Source: Candidatus Poribacteria bacterium (GTDB lineage Bacteria; Poribacteria; WGA-4E; WGA-3G). Taken from it: a DNA stretch of 64,000 nucleotides. This document shows, piece after piece, positions 28,178 to 38,409 of the stretch. The notes below the pieces were generated by a model. The model did not search any database. It saw only the letters and a list, made by a program, of their open reading frames with translations, and was not told the origin of the DNA. The stretch lies in assembly GCA_965242965.1 (NCBI GenBank), contig OZ251518.1:1568001-1632000 (forward strand), in the 5' to 3' direction. A program made the position numbers and the translations under genes. Numbering within the stretch: the stretch's first letter is position 1; every line of letters starts with the position of its first letter.

Positions 28178-30610
28178 ATGGAATACAAAGGGTTGCAACT
28201 GGATGAGTTTCAGGAGGATGCCATCGCCGCGATTAATCGCGATAACTCGGTGATTGTCACCGCGCCAACGGGCGCAGGGAAGACTGTCATCGCTGAATAT
28301 GCTGTCGAAAAGTGTATCCAAGAGAACCATCGGGTTATCTACACCGCGCCGATTAAGGCACTCAGCAATCAGAAATACCGCGATTTTTATGCCGAATATG
28401 GGGAGAAAATCGGCATCGTCACGGGCGATGTGGTACTGAATCCGTACGCGCAAGTGCTGCTGATGACTACCGAGATTTTCCGTAATACGATCTTTGATAA
28501 CATTGAGCGGCTTGACGATGTCGACTACGTTATTTTTGACGAGATCCACTATATTAACGACATCGCGCGCGGCACCGTCTGGGAAGAGAGCCTCATCTTC
28601 GCGCCGCAACATATCAAATTTGTCTGCCTGAGTGCCACTATTCCAAACATCGTGCACTTCGCCGAGTGGATGCAAAGTGTGCGGGAGATTAAGATTGAGG
28701 TTGTCGAAGAATTGAAGCGTCCGGTACCGCTGGAGCATTACCTCTATTTTCCCGATTACGGCATCGGCACGACAAAACATATCACGAGTCTGCAGAGAAA
28801 AGCGGCGCAAGCGGCGCGGAGAGAGCAGGAGGACGAAGAGCGCGCTCTGCCTGCCGGCATGATAGAGACACCGCTGCTCCCTTACCTCCACCGCGAAAAT
28901 CGGCTACCGTGCCTCTATTTCTGTTTTAGCCGCAAGGGGTGTGAAGCAAACGCCGCCCATTATGCCGATGGGAGACACCGGACACTGCTGAAGAGATGGC
29001 AGCGGCGGGAGATTTTAGCGAAATTTGACGCGCTCTGCATCCAGTTTGACATCGTTGAGGAAAAGGACATCGCCGAGTTCCGCCGGTTGGTGAGCCGCGG
29101 CATCGCTTATCATCACGCCGGGATGCTGCCGACGCTCAAAGAGGTAGTCGAACGCCTCTTTACATCGGGTTTAATTCAGCTCCTCTTTACGACAGAGACG
29201 TTCGCTGTCGGCATCAACATGCCGGCGTGCACCGTCGTTTTTGACAGCCTTGAGAAATTTGATGGCATCGGGTTCCGGTATCTCAAGTCCCGCGAGTATC
29301 ATCAGATGGCGGGGCGCGCGGGCAGACGCGGCATTGATACCATCGGCTACGTCTACGCGCAAACTCAGCCGCTCTATGCAGACGCGGACGAAGTCCGCAA
29401 AGTTGTCGGCAACAAGATTGAACCGATAGAGAGTCAGTTTAACCTCTCTTATTCCAGCATCCTCAATCTTTATGAGAAATATGGCGACGACATTTACGAT
29501 GTCTACACGATGAGTTTGAGCAATCATCAAAATTACACCCGCATCGCCCAACTCAACACGCAGATTGAGACGCTTGGCGAAAAATGCAAGGCACTGCCGC
29601 GTCCGACGTGCATCCACGAAGGTGTTGATGGCGTTGAACAGATCGAGACGCATTATCGCCTCAAACGGAATACCGAAAAGGCACTACAGCGGTTTCAGGT
29701 AGACATCACCAAAATCAAGGCGGAGACGCGCGGGAAGAAGCGGCGAAAGCAGCGTATCAAGCGGCTGGCACCGATTCACAAGCAGATTAAGAAGATTCAA
29801 GCCGGGAGCACGAAGAGTCTTTGCGACGGATGCCACCAACTGCGCGAATGCAGGGGACGCTATCAACGCATCCGCAAAGAGGAACAGCGCGTTCAGAAAC
29901 TCAAAAAGCAGACGAATGTGATTGAGAACTACCCGCGCCGCCAGATAGGAGCGCGCCTTAAAGTGTTGAAGGAACTCGGTTACATTGAAGGCGAAACAGT
30001 GCTGCCGCGGGGAAGCACCGCCTCGCGTCTCTACGGATATGAACTCCAACTAACGCAGTTGCTATTCAGCGGCTTTTTTGAACGACTCACCGAAGACGAA
30101 ATTAATTGCCTCATGGTGGCAATCGTCTCCGAACCGCGCAAAGACAGCTACTATCGCCCCCTCAGCAACGCGCGATTGCTCGGCGCGCTTGAAGCAGTCA
30201 CCGGCGAAATCGTACCCATCCAGCGGTTAGAGATGAAGCACAAAGTCTCGGAGATGACACCCATGTTAGAACTTCGCTTCTGCACGGCGATGCAGGAGTG
30301 GAGCCGCGGCTGTGAGTTTGATAAGTTGGAGGACTACGCCGATGTTGACGCTGGCGACTTTGTCCGAACCTTTAGACTTGTCATCGATCAGCTTCGCCAA
30401 ATCCGCCGCGCTATGTCCGGACATGGGGTTCTCGTTGATAAATTGAATCGGTGCATCGGGAAAATTAATCGGGGTGTCGTGGATGCCGAACGGCAGTTGC
30501 GCATCGGGCAAGAAAACGCGCCTGAGACAGAAACGGAAACAGCGGTAGAGACAGCGACAGCTGAAACTGACGATTCTTCGCAGGAACAGGAAGCTGAGGG
30601 TGTTTCATAA
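28178..30610 (+). CDS. Ski2-like (HelY-type) DExH-box RNA helicase
   Basis: APTGAGKT, PIKALSNQKY, DEIH, LSAT, HHAG, TETFAVGINMP, QMAGRAGRRG, C-terminal DSHCT-like GDFVR. Confidence 0.93.
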   Translation: MEYKGLQLDEFQEDAIAAINRDNSVIVTAPTGAGKTVIAEYAVEKCIQENHRVIYTAPIKALSNQKYRDFYAEYGEKIGIVTGDVVLNPYAQVLLMTTEIFRNTIFDNIERLDDVDYVIFDEIHYINDIARGTVWEESLIFAPQHIKFVCLSATIPNIVHFAEWMQSVREIKIEVVEELKRPVPLEHYLYFPDYGIGTTKHITSLQRKAAQAARREQEDEERALPAGMIETPLLPYLHRENRLPCLYFCFSRKGCEANAAHYADGRHRTLLKRWQRREILAKFDALCIQFDIVEEKDIAEFRRLVSRGIAYHHAGMLPTLKEVVERLFTSGLIQLLFTTETFAVGINMPACTVVFDSLEKFDGIGFRYLKSREYHQMAGRAGRRGIDTIGYVYAQTQPLYADADEVRKVVGNKIEPIESQFNLSYSSILNLYEKYGDDIYDVYTMSLSNHQNYTRIAQLNTQIETLGEKCKALPRPTCIHEGVDGVEQIETHYRLKRNTEKALQRFQVDITKIKAETRGKKRRKQRIKRLAPIHKQIKKIQAGSTKSLCDGCHQLRECRGRYQRIRKEEQRVQKLKKQTNVIENYPRRQIGARLKVLKELGYIEGETVLPRGSTASRLYGYELQLTQLLFSGFFERLTEDEINCLMVAIVSEPRKDSYYRPLSNARLLGALEAVTGEIVPIQRLEMKHKVSEMTPMLELRFCTAMQEWSRGCEFDKLEDYADVDAGDFVRTFRLVIDQLRQIRRAMSGHGVLVDKLNRCIGKINRGVVDAERQLRIGQENAPETETETAVETATAETDDSSQEQEAEGVS

Positions 30611-30830
30611 ATCGTTCAACGTCGCGGGGACATGCCCCCGCGCTGCGGTGAAAAAGTGCCTCCCTTCACGTAGGGCGAGGGCCCTCGCATGCCACACGCG
30701 CATGCGAGCGGGTTCCCCTCGCCATGCGTTTGGCTGGCAGACTGCATCACACCTGTAGGTCAAGATCGCCTGATCTTGACCCGTTCGGGATCAGGCGATC
30801 CCGAACTACAGAGGTGGGCCCGATGCCTTC
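30596..30830. repeat. REP-mosaic cluster with an orphan left TIR overlapping the helicase stop codon
   Basis: GAGGGTGTTTCATAA encodes the last codons EGVS*; followed by A, loop-expanded B, D-pair. Confidence 0.8.
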
Positions 30831-31088
30831 TGGTATTCGCCCCTCCCCAAGGGCCGATGGGGTGGCTGCCCATTTTTCATTTCGGTGGTGCCAACCGAAA
30901 ACTGAATGTCTCTGGCATCCCGCGTTTTTCTCTTGCAATTAAAGGCGAGATTAGGTTAAAATACTGGGTAGTTGAGGGAAACCGTTCCCTCGCCGTGCAT
31001 TTTATATTTTTTAGACTTGCGCGGACGCGCAATCGCTATGCTCCCTCGGCGGGGTGCGGTTGCGTAACGCCTAATAGGAGAAATCACA

Positions 31089-31619
31089 ATGGCAAATCAA
31101 AACTTCGACCTGACCGGCACGCTCCAAGTGCGCGCCGCGGCAGAAAACGATGCAGAACATTTACACACATATTGCTTGGCGGATAAAACCAAAAAGCAGG
31201 TAACGGATGAACTCAAGGCTGACCTCGGGGACGACAGCCAGACTTATCGGCTCGTCGCGGAGGCTAGCGGTTACGCCATCGGGCAAATCAAGGTGGAGAA
31301 GAACCCCGGCAATGCCGAGATTGGGCAAATCGCTGACCTCGCCGTGTCAGGGCCTTTCCGGCAACTCGGTGTGGCAGACCATCTCATCAAAGCCGCCGAG
31401 TCCACCGCGCTGGAAAACGGCATGAAGACGCTTGAAATCGAATTCGCGCCGACAGAGGCCCCCCTTATTGAACGATATAAGGACTGGGGGTTCGCTGAAA
31501 AACCGGTCGTTATCCTCCAGAAGGAGCTCAGTGAGGCACCGGAAGAGGATGCCGCCGCTGATGCTGATGCCGATGAGGCTCCCGCGGATGGCGAGCAACA
31601 GGAACTCCTCAACGAGTAG
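31089..31619 (+). CDS. GNAT-family N-acetyltransferase with an acidic tail
   Basis: LAVSGPFRQLGVA (motif A), YKDWGF; RBS AGGAG. Confidence 0.85.
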   Translation: MANQNFDLTGTLQVRAAAENDAEHLHTYCLADKTKKQVTDELKADLGDDSQTYRLVAEASGYAIGQIKVEKNPGNAEIGQIADLAVSGPFRQLGVADHLIKAAESTALENGMKTLEIEFAPTEAPLIERYKDWGFAEKPVVILQKELSEAPEEDAAADADADEAPADGEQQELLNE

Positions 31620-31625
31620 CGAACG

Positions 31626-31661
31626 TGTCAGGGTGGATAGGAGCGATATCCACCCTGACAT
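31626..31661 (+). terminator. Stem-loop after the GNAT gene, probable terminator
   Basis: TGTCAGGGTGGATA-GGAGCGA-TATCCACCCTGACA perfect stem. Confidence 0.55.
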
Positions 31662-31668
31662 GTTGACT

Positions 31669-32191
31669 GAGGGTGTTTCATATCTCAATGGCTTCCTTGT
31701 AGGAGAGACCTCCTGGTCTCGATGTTCCCGTAGCGCGGGGGCCTGTCCCCCGCGATCTCCGTCGTCACGATGTGTGTTTCCGCTCTGTAGTTTGTGATCG
31801 CCTGATCACAAACAGGTCAGGATCAGGCGATCCTGACCTACAGTGCCTGGCGAGCGAACGATGGCGAGGGACAGGCCCTCGCCCTACGGGAACGCACGCC
31901 GTTTTTTCGGACGCATCGTTTTAGGTCCTTTAGGACCTACATGTCTATAGAAAAACGTGCAGGCACTTTTCAAGGTCCTTTAGGTCCTTAATAAAAAAAT
32001 ACGCGGACCTGGCAAAACCTATTAAGGACCTAAAGGCCCTTAGTGTTCTTCGCGGGCGTGCGTGCTATAGACATTAAGGTCCTACGGACCTAAGAGACGT
32101 TTTTTCATCGAGACCAAGAGGCTCTCCCACGGGCACATCGCTTGCATCGGGACCGGAAGGGCTCTCCGAAACGGAGTTATGAAACACCCTC
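31669..32191. mobile_element. Modular MITE-like element, complete, 9-bp TSD
   Basis: TIRs at both ends; ATGTTGACT at 31660-31668 and 32192-32200; interior C, A, D-pair, B, E block, degenerate C copies. Confidence 0.9.
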
Positions 32192-32234
32192 ATGTTGACT
32201 TGTCAATGGACAATATGTGAGGAGAATATGTGAT

Positions 32235-33131
32235 ATGAAAAATTGCAAACTCAGTTACTTCTGCCTTACCCTCGGCCTGGCCGTTTTCATCGTTGCGTGC
32301 GGCACGCAAAACGAAAATCTCTCCAAAGGGAAGGAGTTGCTTAAGTCCGATAAACGGCGAAAAGAGGAGCGCGCCGTGCGAGAATTTAAATTGGCTGTCC
32401 AACAACAGCCGGCTATCGCCGAAGCGCACTATCTGCTCGGTTTTTACGACTCACAGGAGTTTTATGAATCGGGGACATCGGCGTGGGAGAAAGCCTCGAT
32501 TGCGGCACGCGGCAACCACATGTTCCGGGCATATCAAGCGGAGCAGCGTAAATACCTTGAGATGCTCATCTTTGAGACGCTCCGAGACGATGACCTGGAT
32601 GTTCAGAACGCCGCGCTGGTGGCACTCCAGCAGGTATACCGCAAAGGGGACCGGAACCGACTCCTCAGCCAACTCGAAAAAGCGATGAAATCTAATGACA
32701 ACCGCGACCGGCACGATGCACACTGGGTGCTAGGCCACCTCGGCAAGGAGGACCCGGGCACGCTCGTCCCCATCTTGGTGAAACTGCTGGACCACGGTAG
32801 AATGGAAACCCGCCTGAACGCCGTTAAAGCACTCGGCGAAGTCGGAAGCGAACAGGCAATTCCTGCACTCGCCGCGCTGATCGAATCGGGTTCGGCGAGA
32901 TGGGCACGGGACCGGGAGGAGCCTGAGGTGCGGCAGCTCGCCGTGGCGGCACTCGGCAAAATCGGCGGGGCTGCGGTGCCGGAACTCGTCAAAATTGTGA
33001 AGAATAAAGGTTCGTCTTTACGTGTTGATGCCATCCGCGCCTTGTCCACCCTCGGCGATGAAAAAGCGGTGGTGCCGTTATTAGATGCACTAAAGGCGCA
33101 GAGCAGCCGGGAAGTCGTGGTTCCGAAATAA
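32235..33131 (+). CDS. HEAT-repeat lipoprotein
   Basis: Lipobox VAC; PBS-lyase HEAT motifs (RLNAVKALGEVG, VRQLAVAALGKIG). Confidence 0.8.
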   Translation: MKNCKLSYFCLTLGLAVFIVACGTQNENLSKGKELLKSDKRRKEERAVREFKLAVQQQPAIAEAHYLLGFYDSQEFYESGTSAWEKASIAARGNHMFRAYQAEQRKYLEMLIFETLRDDDLDVQNAALVALQQVYRKGDRNRLLSQLEKAMKSNDNRDRHDAHWVLGHLGKEDPGTLVPILVKLLDHGRMETRLNAVKALGEVGSEQAIPALAALIESGSARWARDREEPEVRQLAVAALGKIGGAAVPELVKIVKNKGSSLRVDAIRALSTLGDEKAVVPLLDALKAQSSREVVVPK

Positions 33132-33147
33132 TGAAGCGGTATCGTGC

Positions 33148-33270
33148 TGTAGGCGAGACCTCCTGGTCTCGATGCAACGTAGGCATCGCGCACCGCGATA
33201 TCGGGACAGGGATGTCCCTCCTACCGGGAGTGCGGTATTGGGCTGTAGGCGAGACCTCCTGGTCTCGATG
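33148..33270. repeat. REP cluster (C, F, C)
   Basis: GTAGGCGAGACCTCCTGGTCTCGATG twice, flanking ATCGGGACAGGGATGTCCCTCCTAC. Confidence 0.8.
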
Positions 33271-33294
33271 CACACGCCGGGGGAATCGCGCATT

Positions 33295-33545
33295 CTCCTA
33301 TCGGCATAAGAAGAATACACTCACGTTATCGGAACGTGAGTATCACTGCGGTGCTTGTGGTTTACGGGTAGCCCGAGACCTGAACGCCGCTATGAACTTG
33401 AACCCCGTCGCCGCTGGTTTGACGGAGACATAAAACGACTGTGGAGCGAAGGTAAGCCCGCGCTTGGCTGCCCGCAGTAACTTCAGAAATCGGACAGATT
33501 CTCGTAGATTGGACGAGATATATCTAGATTTCAGGGAACAGTTTC
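33295..33545 (+). mobile_element. tnpB: Remnant of a tnpB-carrying IS (IS200/IS605 or IS607 family): C-terminal zinc ribbon/RuvC-III plus right-end region
   Basis: HKKNTLTLSEREYHCGACGLRVARDLNAAMNL matches the TnpB C-terminal L.LS.R...C..CG...DRD.NAA.N motif; followed by a non-coding tail. Confidence 0.75.
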
Positions 33546-33546
33546 T

Positions 33547-34998
33547 ATGCTAAAAACATTTGCGTCCCGAAATCCAAACGCCTATTTTCAGGGATTTATT
33601 TTGCCGTTCTTCTTTCTCGCGCTTGTCTTCGGGCTCGGATGCGACAACCGCTATTACGACGAACGCATGCAAATGGAAGTTCAGCAACTTGACAGCGACC
33701 TCGAGAACCGCTGGTCTACTAGTGGTGTCGTCGTTTTGGCGACTACCGCGAACGGTCCGGCCGCCAAAGCGAATTTGGAGGTAGGCGAGCTCATCTCCTA
33801 TGTCATTGCGGAATATCCCATCCGAAGTGCCGGGGATTTCAACAGCGCGGTGAAAAAGGCGATCGATGATGATAATAACCTGGTCCTCTATATCAAGGAC
33901 AAACCGCCGATTCGCTTGGCTGTCCGCCGGCTTGGGGATAAGATTGGGTTGAAAGTTGAGGGGAGCGGCACTGTTCGCGTTACAGAGATTGAACATGGCA
34001 CTCCCGCCGCAAACTTGGCTATCCAGGTAGGCGACGTTATCGAAAAAGTGGTCGATGAACGGAAAATCTATAGTCTTGCCGACTATAAGAAAACGCTCGG
34101 TGACTTTTCAAAACTGCAGGTGACTTTCCGCACTTCGGAGCTCATCGGTGTGAAAATCGCCGCTGTCACCGCGCTCGGTGAGTTGGGGGATATGCGCGCT
34201 GTTGAGCCGCTGATGGATATCTTCACAAACAGTTCGGAACTCTCGCTCCGCAAAGCGGCTGTGAGCAGTTTAGAACGGCTTGTGGAATTGAGCGCGCTCA
34301 ATGAACTTTTCCAGCAATTCCAGACCGCGGATGTCAACCAACTTCCAGCGGATAGTCTGCAGATACAGGCACTTGAATCTGCTGCGATTTTGGGATTGCT
34401 CACCTTCGATCTTGCCGAAAACACGGCGACGCTGAAGGCACCCTTCGGCACGCAATTTCGGCATCGCGCCGCGGCACTCCATAAGAAAATCAACGAGGGA
34501 GACTTGGTGGAACTGACGCAGCGGTATATCCAACGGGAGATGGAGCCGGAACAGGAAATTCGGCGGGCATGCCTCTCCATGCTCGGTGTCCTGAAACCGG
34601 TATCCGCGATTGACGCGCTTGTCGCTGTCCTCAAAAACGCGGAGGAGGTTCCCGGTATCCGTTTCCAAGCGGGATTGGCACTTAGCCAGATCGGGGAGCC
34701 GGCTGTTGACGCGCTGATCGCTGCATTTGCAGGTGCAGACCCGAGCACGAAGGACATCGCTGTTTCTGCGCTCGGCGGTATCGGTAGCACGAAGGCACGC
34801 AACTTGCTTATTAACGCGCTAGAATCCGCCGAGGAACCGGCAATCCAGCTCACACTCGTTGATGCCATCGCAAAAATCGGCGATGCGCAGTCAGTGGAGG
34901 CATTGGAACGCCAGCGCGCCCGGTTCCAAGAAGACGACACCGGCATTCGCATCTTTCTGGACGAAGTTTTCAGGAATTTAGCGCGCAAGTCAATGTAA
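33547..34998 (+). CDS. Lipoprotein with PDZ-like and HEAT-repeat domains
   Basis: Lipobox LGC; GPAAKANLEVGELI and GTPAANLAIQVGDVI PDZ-like motifs; HEAT repeats. Confidence 0.75.
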   Translation: MLKTFASRNPNAYFQGFILPFFFLALVFGLGCDNRYYDERMQMEVQQLDSDLENRWSTSGVVVLATTANGPAAKANLEVGELISYVIAEYPIRSAGDFNSAVKKAIDDDNNLVLYIKDKPPIRLAVRRLGDKIGLKVEGSGTVRVTEIEHGTPAANLAIQVGDVIEKVVDERKIYSLADYKKTLGDFSKLQVTFRTSELIGVKIAAVTALGELGDMRAVEPLMDIFTNSSELSLRKAAVSSLERLVELSALNELFQQFQTADVNQLPADSLQIQALESAAILGLLTFDLAENTATLKAPFGTQFRHRAAALHKKINEGDLVELTQRYIQREMEPEQEIRRACLSMLGVLKPVSAIDALVAVLKNAEEVPGIRFQAGLALSQIGEPAVDALIAAFAGADPSTKDIAVSALGGIGSTKARNLLINALESAEEPAIQLTLVDAIAKIGDAQSVEALERQRARFQEDDTGIRIFLDEVFRNLARKSM

Positions 34999-35002
34999 TC
35001 CA

Positions 35003-35875
35003 GTGAAAATTGGACTCATTTCTGACCTGCACACGGACGCAACACCGCGCAATAAGGCACTCGTGCCGCATCTCATTAACGCCGTGAAAGCCGCTGAACT
35101 TGACGTGTTCGTCCTCGCCGGTGACCTGGCACGGCATCTCACGGAACTTTCGGAAACCCTCAACGCCTTTCATGAGGCTGAGTTGCCGTGTGAGAAGGTG
35201 TTCGTCCCTGGCAATCACGACATCTGGGCAATTGAGACACCGAATGTCACCAGCACGCAGAAGTGCCAGATTATCTCAAACCTCTGTCGTGAATGCGGGT
35301 TTCATCCGCTCATGGCGGCACCGTTTGTGAAAACAGAGAACGCGGGGTTACAAACGCTATCTACTGATGAGGCAGTTGGCTTCTGTGGCACTATCGGTTG
35401 GTATGATTATTCGTTTGCGCCGGAAGGTTACGACTTCGCCGATGCGCAATATGCCGAAAAACAACTGATGGGTGCTGTCTGGAATGATAAGCGATATGCG
35501 AAGTGGGGATACACCGATCTCGCCGTAACGCGCCGATTTGCAGAAAAACTGCGCAAACAGATTGCGGCTATCCGCGGGGAGGTATCGCGCCTCATCGTCG
35601 TTATGCATCACGTGCCGTTTCGGGAGTGCATCCGATACCAAAGGAAATTACCGTGGGACTTTTTCCGCGCGTTCATGGGAAGCGTGCGGTTCGGCGAAAT
35701 CTGCTTGCAGGAACCGCTTGTCACGCATGTCCTCTTTGGGCATACGCATCGGGCTATTGACATGCAGATTGGCAGTGTCAGGGCACTTTGCGCGCCGATC
35801 GGTTACCTGCACGAAGAACCGCCATCTGGATTGCAGGCGTATGCTGAAAGTCGGCTGACCTGTTTCTCGGTTTGA
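35003..35875 (+). CDS. Calcineurin-like metallophosphoesterase
   Basis: SDLH, AGDL, GNHD, HHVP, GHTH motifs. Confidence 0.9.
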   Translation: MKIGLISDLHTDATPRNKALVPHLINAVKAAELDVFVLAGDLARHLTELSETLNAFHEAELPCEKVFVPGNHDIWAIETPNVTSTQKCQIISNLCRECGFHPLMAAPFVKTENAGLQTLSTDEAVGFCGTIGWYDYSFAPEGYDFADAQYAEKQLMGAVWNDKRYAKWGYTDLAVTRRFAEKLRKQIAAIRGEVSRLIVVMHHVPFRECIRYQRKLPWDFFRAFMGSVRFGEICLQEPLVTHVLFGHTHRAIDMQIGSVRALCAPIGYLHEEPPSGLQAYAESRLTCFSV

Positions 35876-35925
35876 GTTCGCGCTGCGCGCGTAGCGGGTT
35901 CGCCGCCGTAAAAAGGAGAAAAAAT

Positions 35926-36285
35926 ATGGAGATAACCTTAACCAATAGTAACGAAGCCGGTGCCCTTGAATTTCCGTGGGGTGCGATCAAATGGCTTTGC
36001 AATGACCAGATCGATCCGGACGCTGCGATGACCTTCGGGATTGTTTACATTAACGCAGGTGAAGGTAATCCGACGCATTACCACCCTAATTGTGAGGAGC
36101 TCATCTACGTCCTCTCCGGCGAGTGTGACCACAAGTTGGGAGACGAAGTTATCCCGCTTAAACCGGGGATGATGTTGCGAATTCCGCGCAACGTCAAACA
36201 CAACGCTGTCAATACCGGATGGCAACCAGTCACGATGATTATCTGCTATTCGGATGCCGACCGGCAGACTATCTTCTGCGAGTAG
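35926..36285 (+). CDS. Cupin-domain protein
   Basis: HYHPNCEELIYVLSG...PG....IPRNVKH; RBS AAGGAG before ATG 35926. Confidence 0.88.
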   Translation: MEITLTNSNEAGALEFPWGAIKWLCNDQIDPDAAMTFGIVYINAGEGNPTHYHPNCEELIYVLSGECDHKLGDEVIPLKPGMMLRIPRNVKHNAVNTGWQPVTMIICYSDADRQTIFCE

Positions 36286-36310
36286 GCGCGGCTCTCGGGC
36301 TCGCTGTGCG

Positions 36311-36625
36311 TATCGGGACAAGGATGTCCCTCCTACCCGAAACGAGGCACACCCGTAGGAGAGACCTCGGGGCTCGATGCAATAGCCCTCCCGGTCTTGA
36401 TGTGCGTATCGGGACAAGGATGTCCCTCCTACCCGAAACGATGCACACCCGTAGGAGAGACCTCCTGGTCTCGATTCCCCGCATTTCGGTTATATTCGGT
36501 GCGTGGCGAGGGACAGGCCCTCGCCCTACGGTATATTGGCATGGCGCGGGAAAGGCGTTGGGGAAACGGAATCGTTCCGGGTATCATGAAACCATTTTGA
36601 CAACAATGAGTTAGGAAACACCCTC
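36311..36625. repeat. REP cluster (F, C, F, C, B) with a degenerate right TIR
   Basis: Duplicated F-C doublets; TTAGGAAACACCCTC ends at 36625. Confidence 0.75.
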
Positions 36626-36645
36626 ATAAAATTAGGATTTTAGAC

Positions 36646-37335
36646 ATGTCCAAAAAGACACGATGCCGCGTCAAAATCTGCGGCATCACCTCAGTCCATG
36701 ATGCACACCTCGCCGCCGATGCCGGTGCCGATTACGCCGGTGTGCTTGTCGATGTAGCGGCCTCAGAACGCTCCCGGTCCGCAGCGCAAGCCGTGGAAAT
36801 TGCCAAAGGGAGCCCGATTCCGACGGTGCTTTTACTCTTCAATCGCACTACGGCGGACATCTGCGATGCCGTGTCGCGGATTAACCCGTTCGCTGTGCAA
36901 CTCCTTGCGCAGGAATCGCCACAACAGGTTGAGACGTTGAAACGCAAGGTGGAGTGCCAGCTCTGGAAATCTGTCTATCTCCCCGCGGGCAGTCGAGAGA
37001 ACGTGGATGTCCGCGCCGTTCGCGCCGAGATGGCCGCCTATCGCGATGCAGGTGCCGATTTCCTGCTCTTTGACACCGTGGATATGAGTCTTGAGAAGCC
37101 GCGATACGGCGGCACCGGCAAAACCTGTGATTGGCACGTTGCAGGTGAACTTATCGCGGAGAGCCCGCTGCCTGTTTTCTTCGCCGGCGGTATTCGTCCG
37201 GAGAATGTCAGCGCGGCGATTGAGACGATCCGGCCGCACGGCATCGACCTCTGCTCCGGTGTAGAGGCATCGAAAGGCGTTAAAGATAAGGCGAAATTGG
37301 AGAAGTTGATGGCGGCGGTGCAAAAAACTTCTTGA
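36646..37335 (+). CDS. trpF: Phosphoribosylanthranilate isomerase
   Basis: RVKICGIT, GGTGKTCDW, FAGGIRPENV, GIDLCSGVE motifs. Confidence 0.9.
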   Translation: MSKKTRCRVKICGITSVHDAHLAADAGADYAGVLVDVAASERSRSAAQAVEIAKGSPIPTVLLLFNRTTADICDAVSRINPFAVQLLAQESPQQVETLKRKVECQLWKSVYLPAGSRENVDVRAVRAEMAAYRDAGADFLLFDTVDMSLEKPRYGGTGKTCDWHVAGELIAESPLPVFFAGGIRPENVSAAIETIRPHGIDLCSGVEASKGVKDKAKLEKLMAAVQKTS

Positions 37336-37569
37336 ATTTTCTCACAATTTTTGTTATCATTATTCCAGAGAAATCGTTTTTAACTTGTGTCATAACATGT
37401 TAAAAGCACTTGCGCAGAAAACCGGCGTAAGCGCGGTTCATGAAGTTTCAGGAACGAATGCAGGCGTTCTCGGCAGGCGGATGTCTCTGAGCTGCCTTGG
37501 TATCTCTTGAGTCTTCACAAACTGCGCCTCCGGGCTGTGCGTCAACTTTGGCAAAAAAAGGAGATTAAT

Positions 37570-38304
37570 ATGAAAATCAACGTGCATTGGTTAACCACTC
37601 TTTTGGTAATCGTATGTATCATGTCCGTTTCGGGTTTTTCGGTGGCTTTCGCGGATGGCCATGAGGCGGCTGAAGAAAGTCACGCCGAGCACGAAGAGAG
37701 TGCAGAGGCGGAGGAAAAGTCCAGCATTCCTGGCTGGTTCCGCGTGGATACCGATTCGCTGGGGACGAACTTCCTCATCGGTGCCACGCATGTTGTTGGC
37801 GGTATCCCGCTGGCTTCTACTATCTACATTGGCGAAACGCGTGGCGAGTATGACCTCGGTGTTGTCGTTCCGGTTGTGAAAGGCGAAAGCACGAGTCTCA
37901 CCCTGCTGCCGACGCTCGGTGTTGGGTTTGACTATTCCGGCGCGAACGGCCCCTCGACACTCTTTCCGCAGATGTTTGTTTTCCTCCCTGCAGGGAAACT
38001 CTATTTCCAATCGTGGACGATCGCGACGTTGTTTCTACCGTCTTACTCAGAAGACGCAACAAACACGATTTATTTCCGGAACCGGCTCACCTATCGGATT
38101 AACGATACCGTAGATCTTGGCCCGCAAGCCGAGGCAGTTTACCTTTTTGACGGTATTGGGGTAGTCAGTTTCATCATCGGCGGGCGAATTAACATCGCTT
38201 ACGGTGAAAACAACACCCTCGGAGTCCTTGTCGGCTATGATCTTGAAAAAGGCGATGACGACACCGGGATTACGGGTAGGTTAAGTTTCACCCGCACGTG
38301 GTAG
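37570..38304 (+). CDS. Putative outer-membrane beta-barrel protein
   Basis: Signal peptide, His/Glu-rich linker, alternating beta-strand pattern, C-terminal F.RTW; paralogue of 40740-41459. Confidence 0.65.
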   Translation: MKINVHWLTTLLVIVCIMSVSGFSVAFADGHEAAEESHAEHEESAEAEEKSSIPGWFRVDTDSLGTNFLIGATHVVGGIPLASTIYIGETRGEYDLGVVVPVVKGESTSLTLLPTLGVGFDYSGANGPSTLFPQMFVFLPAGKLYFQSWTIATLFLPSYSEDATNTIYFRNRLTYRINDTVDLGPQAEAVYLFDGIGVVSFIIGGRINIAYGENNTLGVLVGYDLEKGDDDTGITGRLSFTRTW

Positions 38305-38329
38305 TCTCGTTGGACTTCCGCATATCTGT

Positions 38330-38359
38330 AAGGCGAGGGCATCAGCCCTCGCCTTTTTT
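38330..38359 (+). terminator. Intrinsic terminator resembling REP module B
   Basis: AAGGCGAGGGC-ATCA-GCCCTCGCCTT followed by a T run. Confidence 0.7.
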
Positions 38360-38409
38360 GGTATTGGCACTTATAGGCAAGCGTGCATGCGCTTAATCCG
38401 TTCGGAATC

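Noticed and set aside
32235-34998. One HEAT gene split by the tnpB remnant
   Set aside because: The second ORF has its own signal peptide and lipobox, so two genes is the simpler reading.
37380-37560. Possible glutamine riboswitch or GlnR/TnrA box upstream of the barrel gene
   Set aside because: TGTCATAACATGTTAAA is only a partial match, and I could not match a riboswitch consensus by eye; needs an Rfam search.
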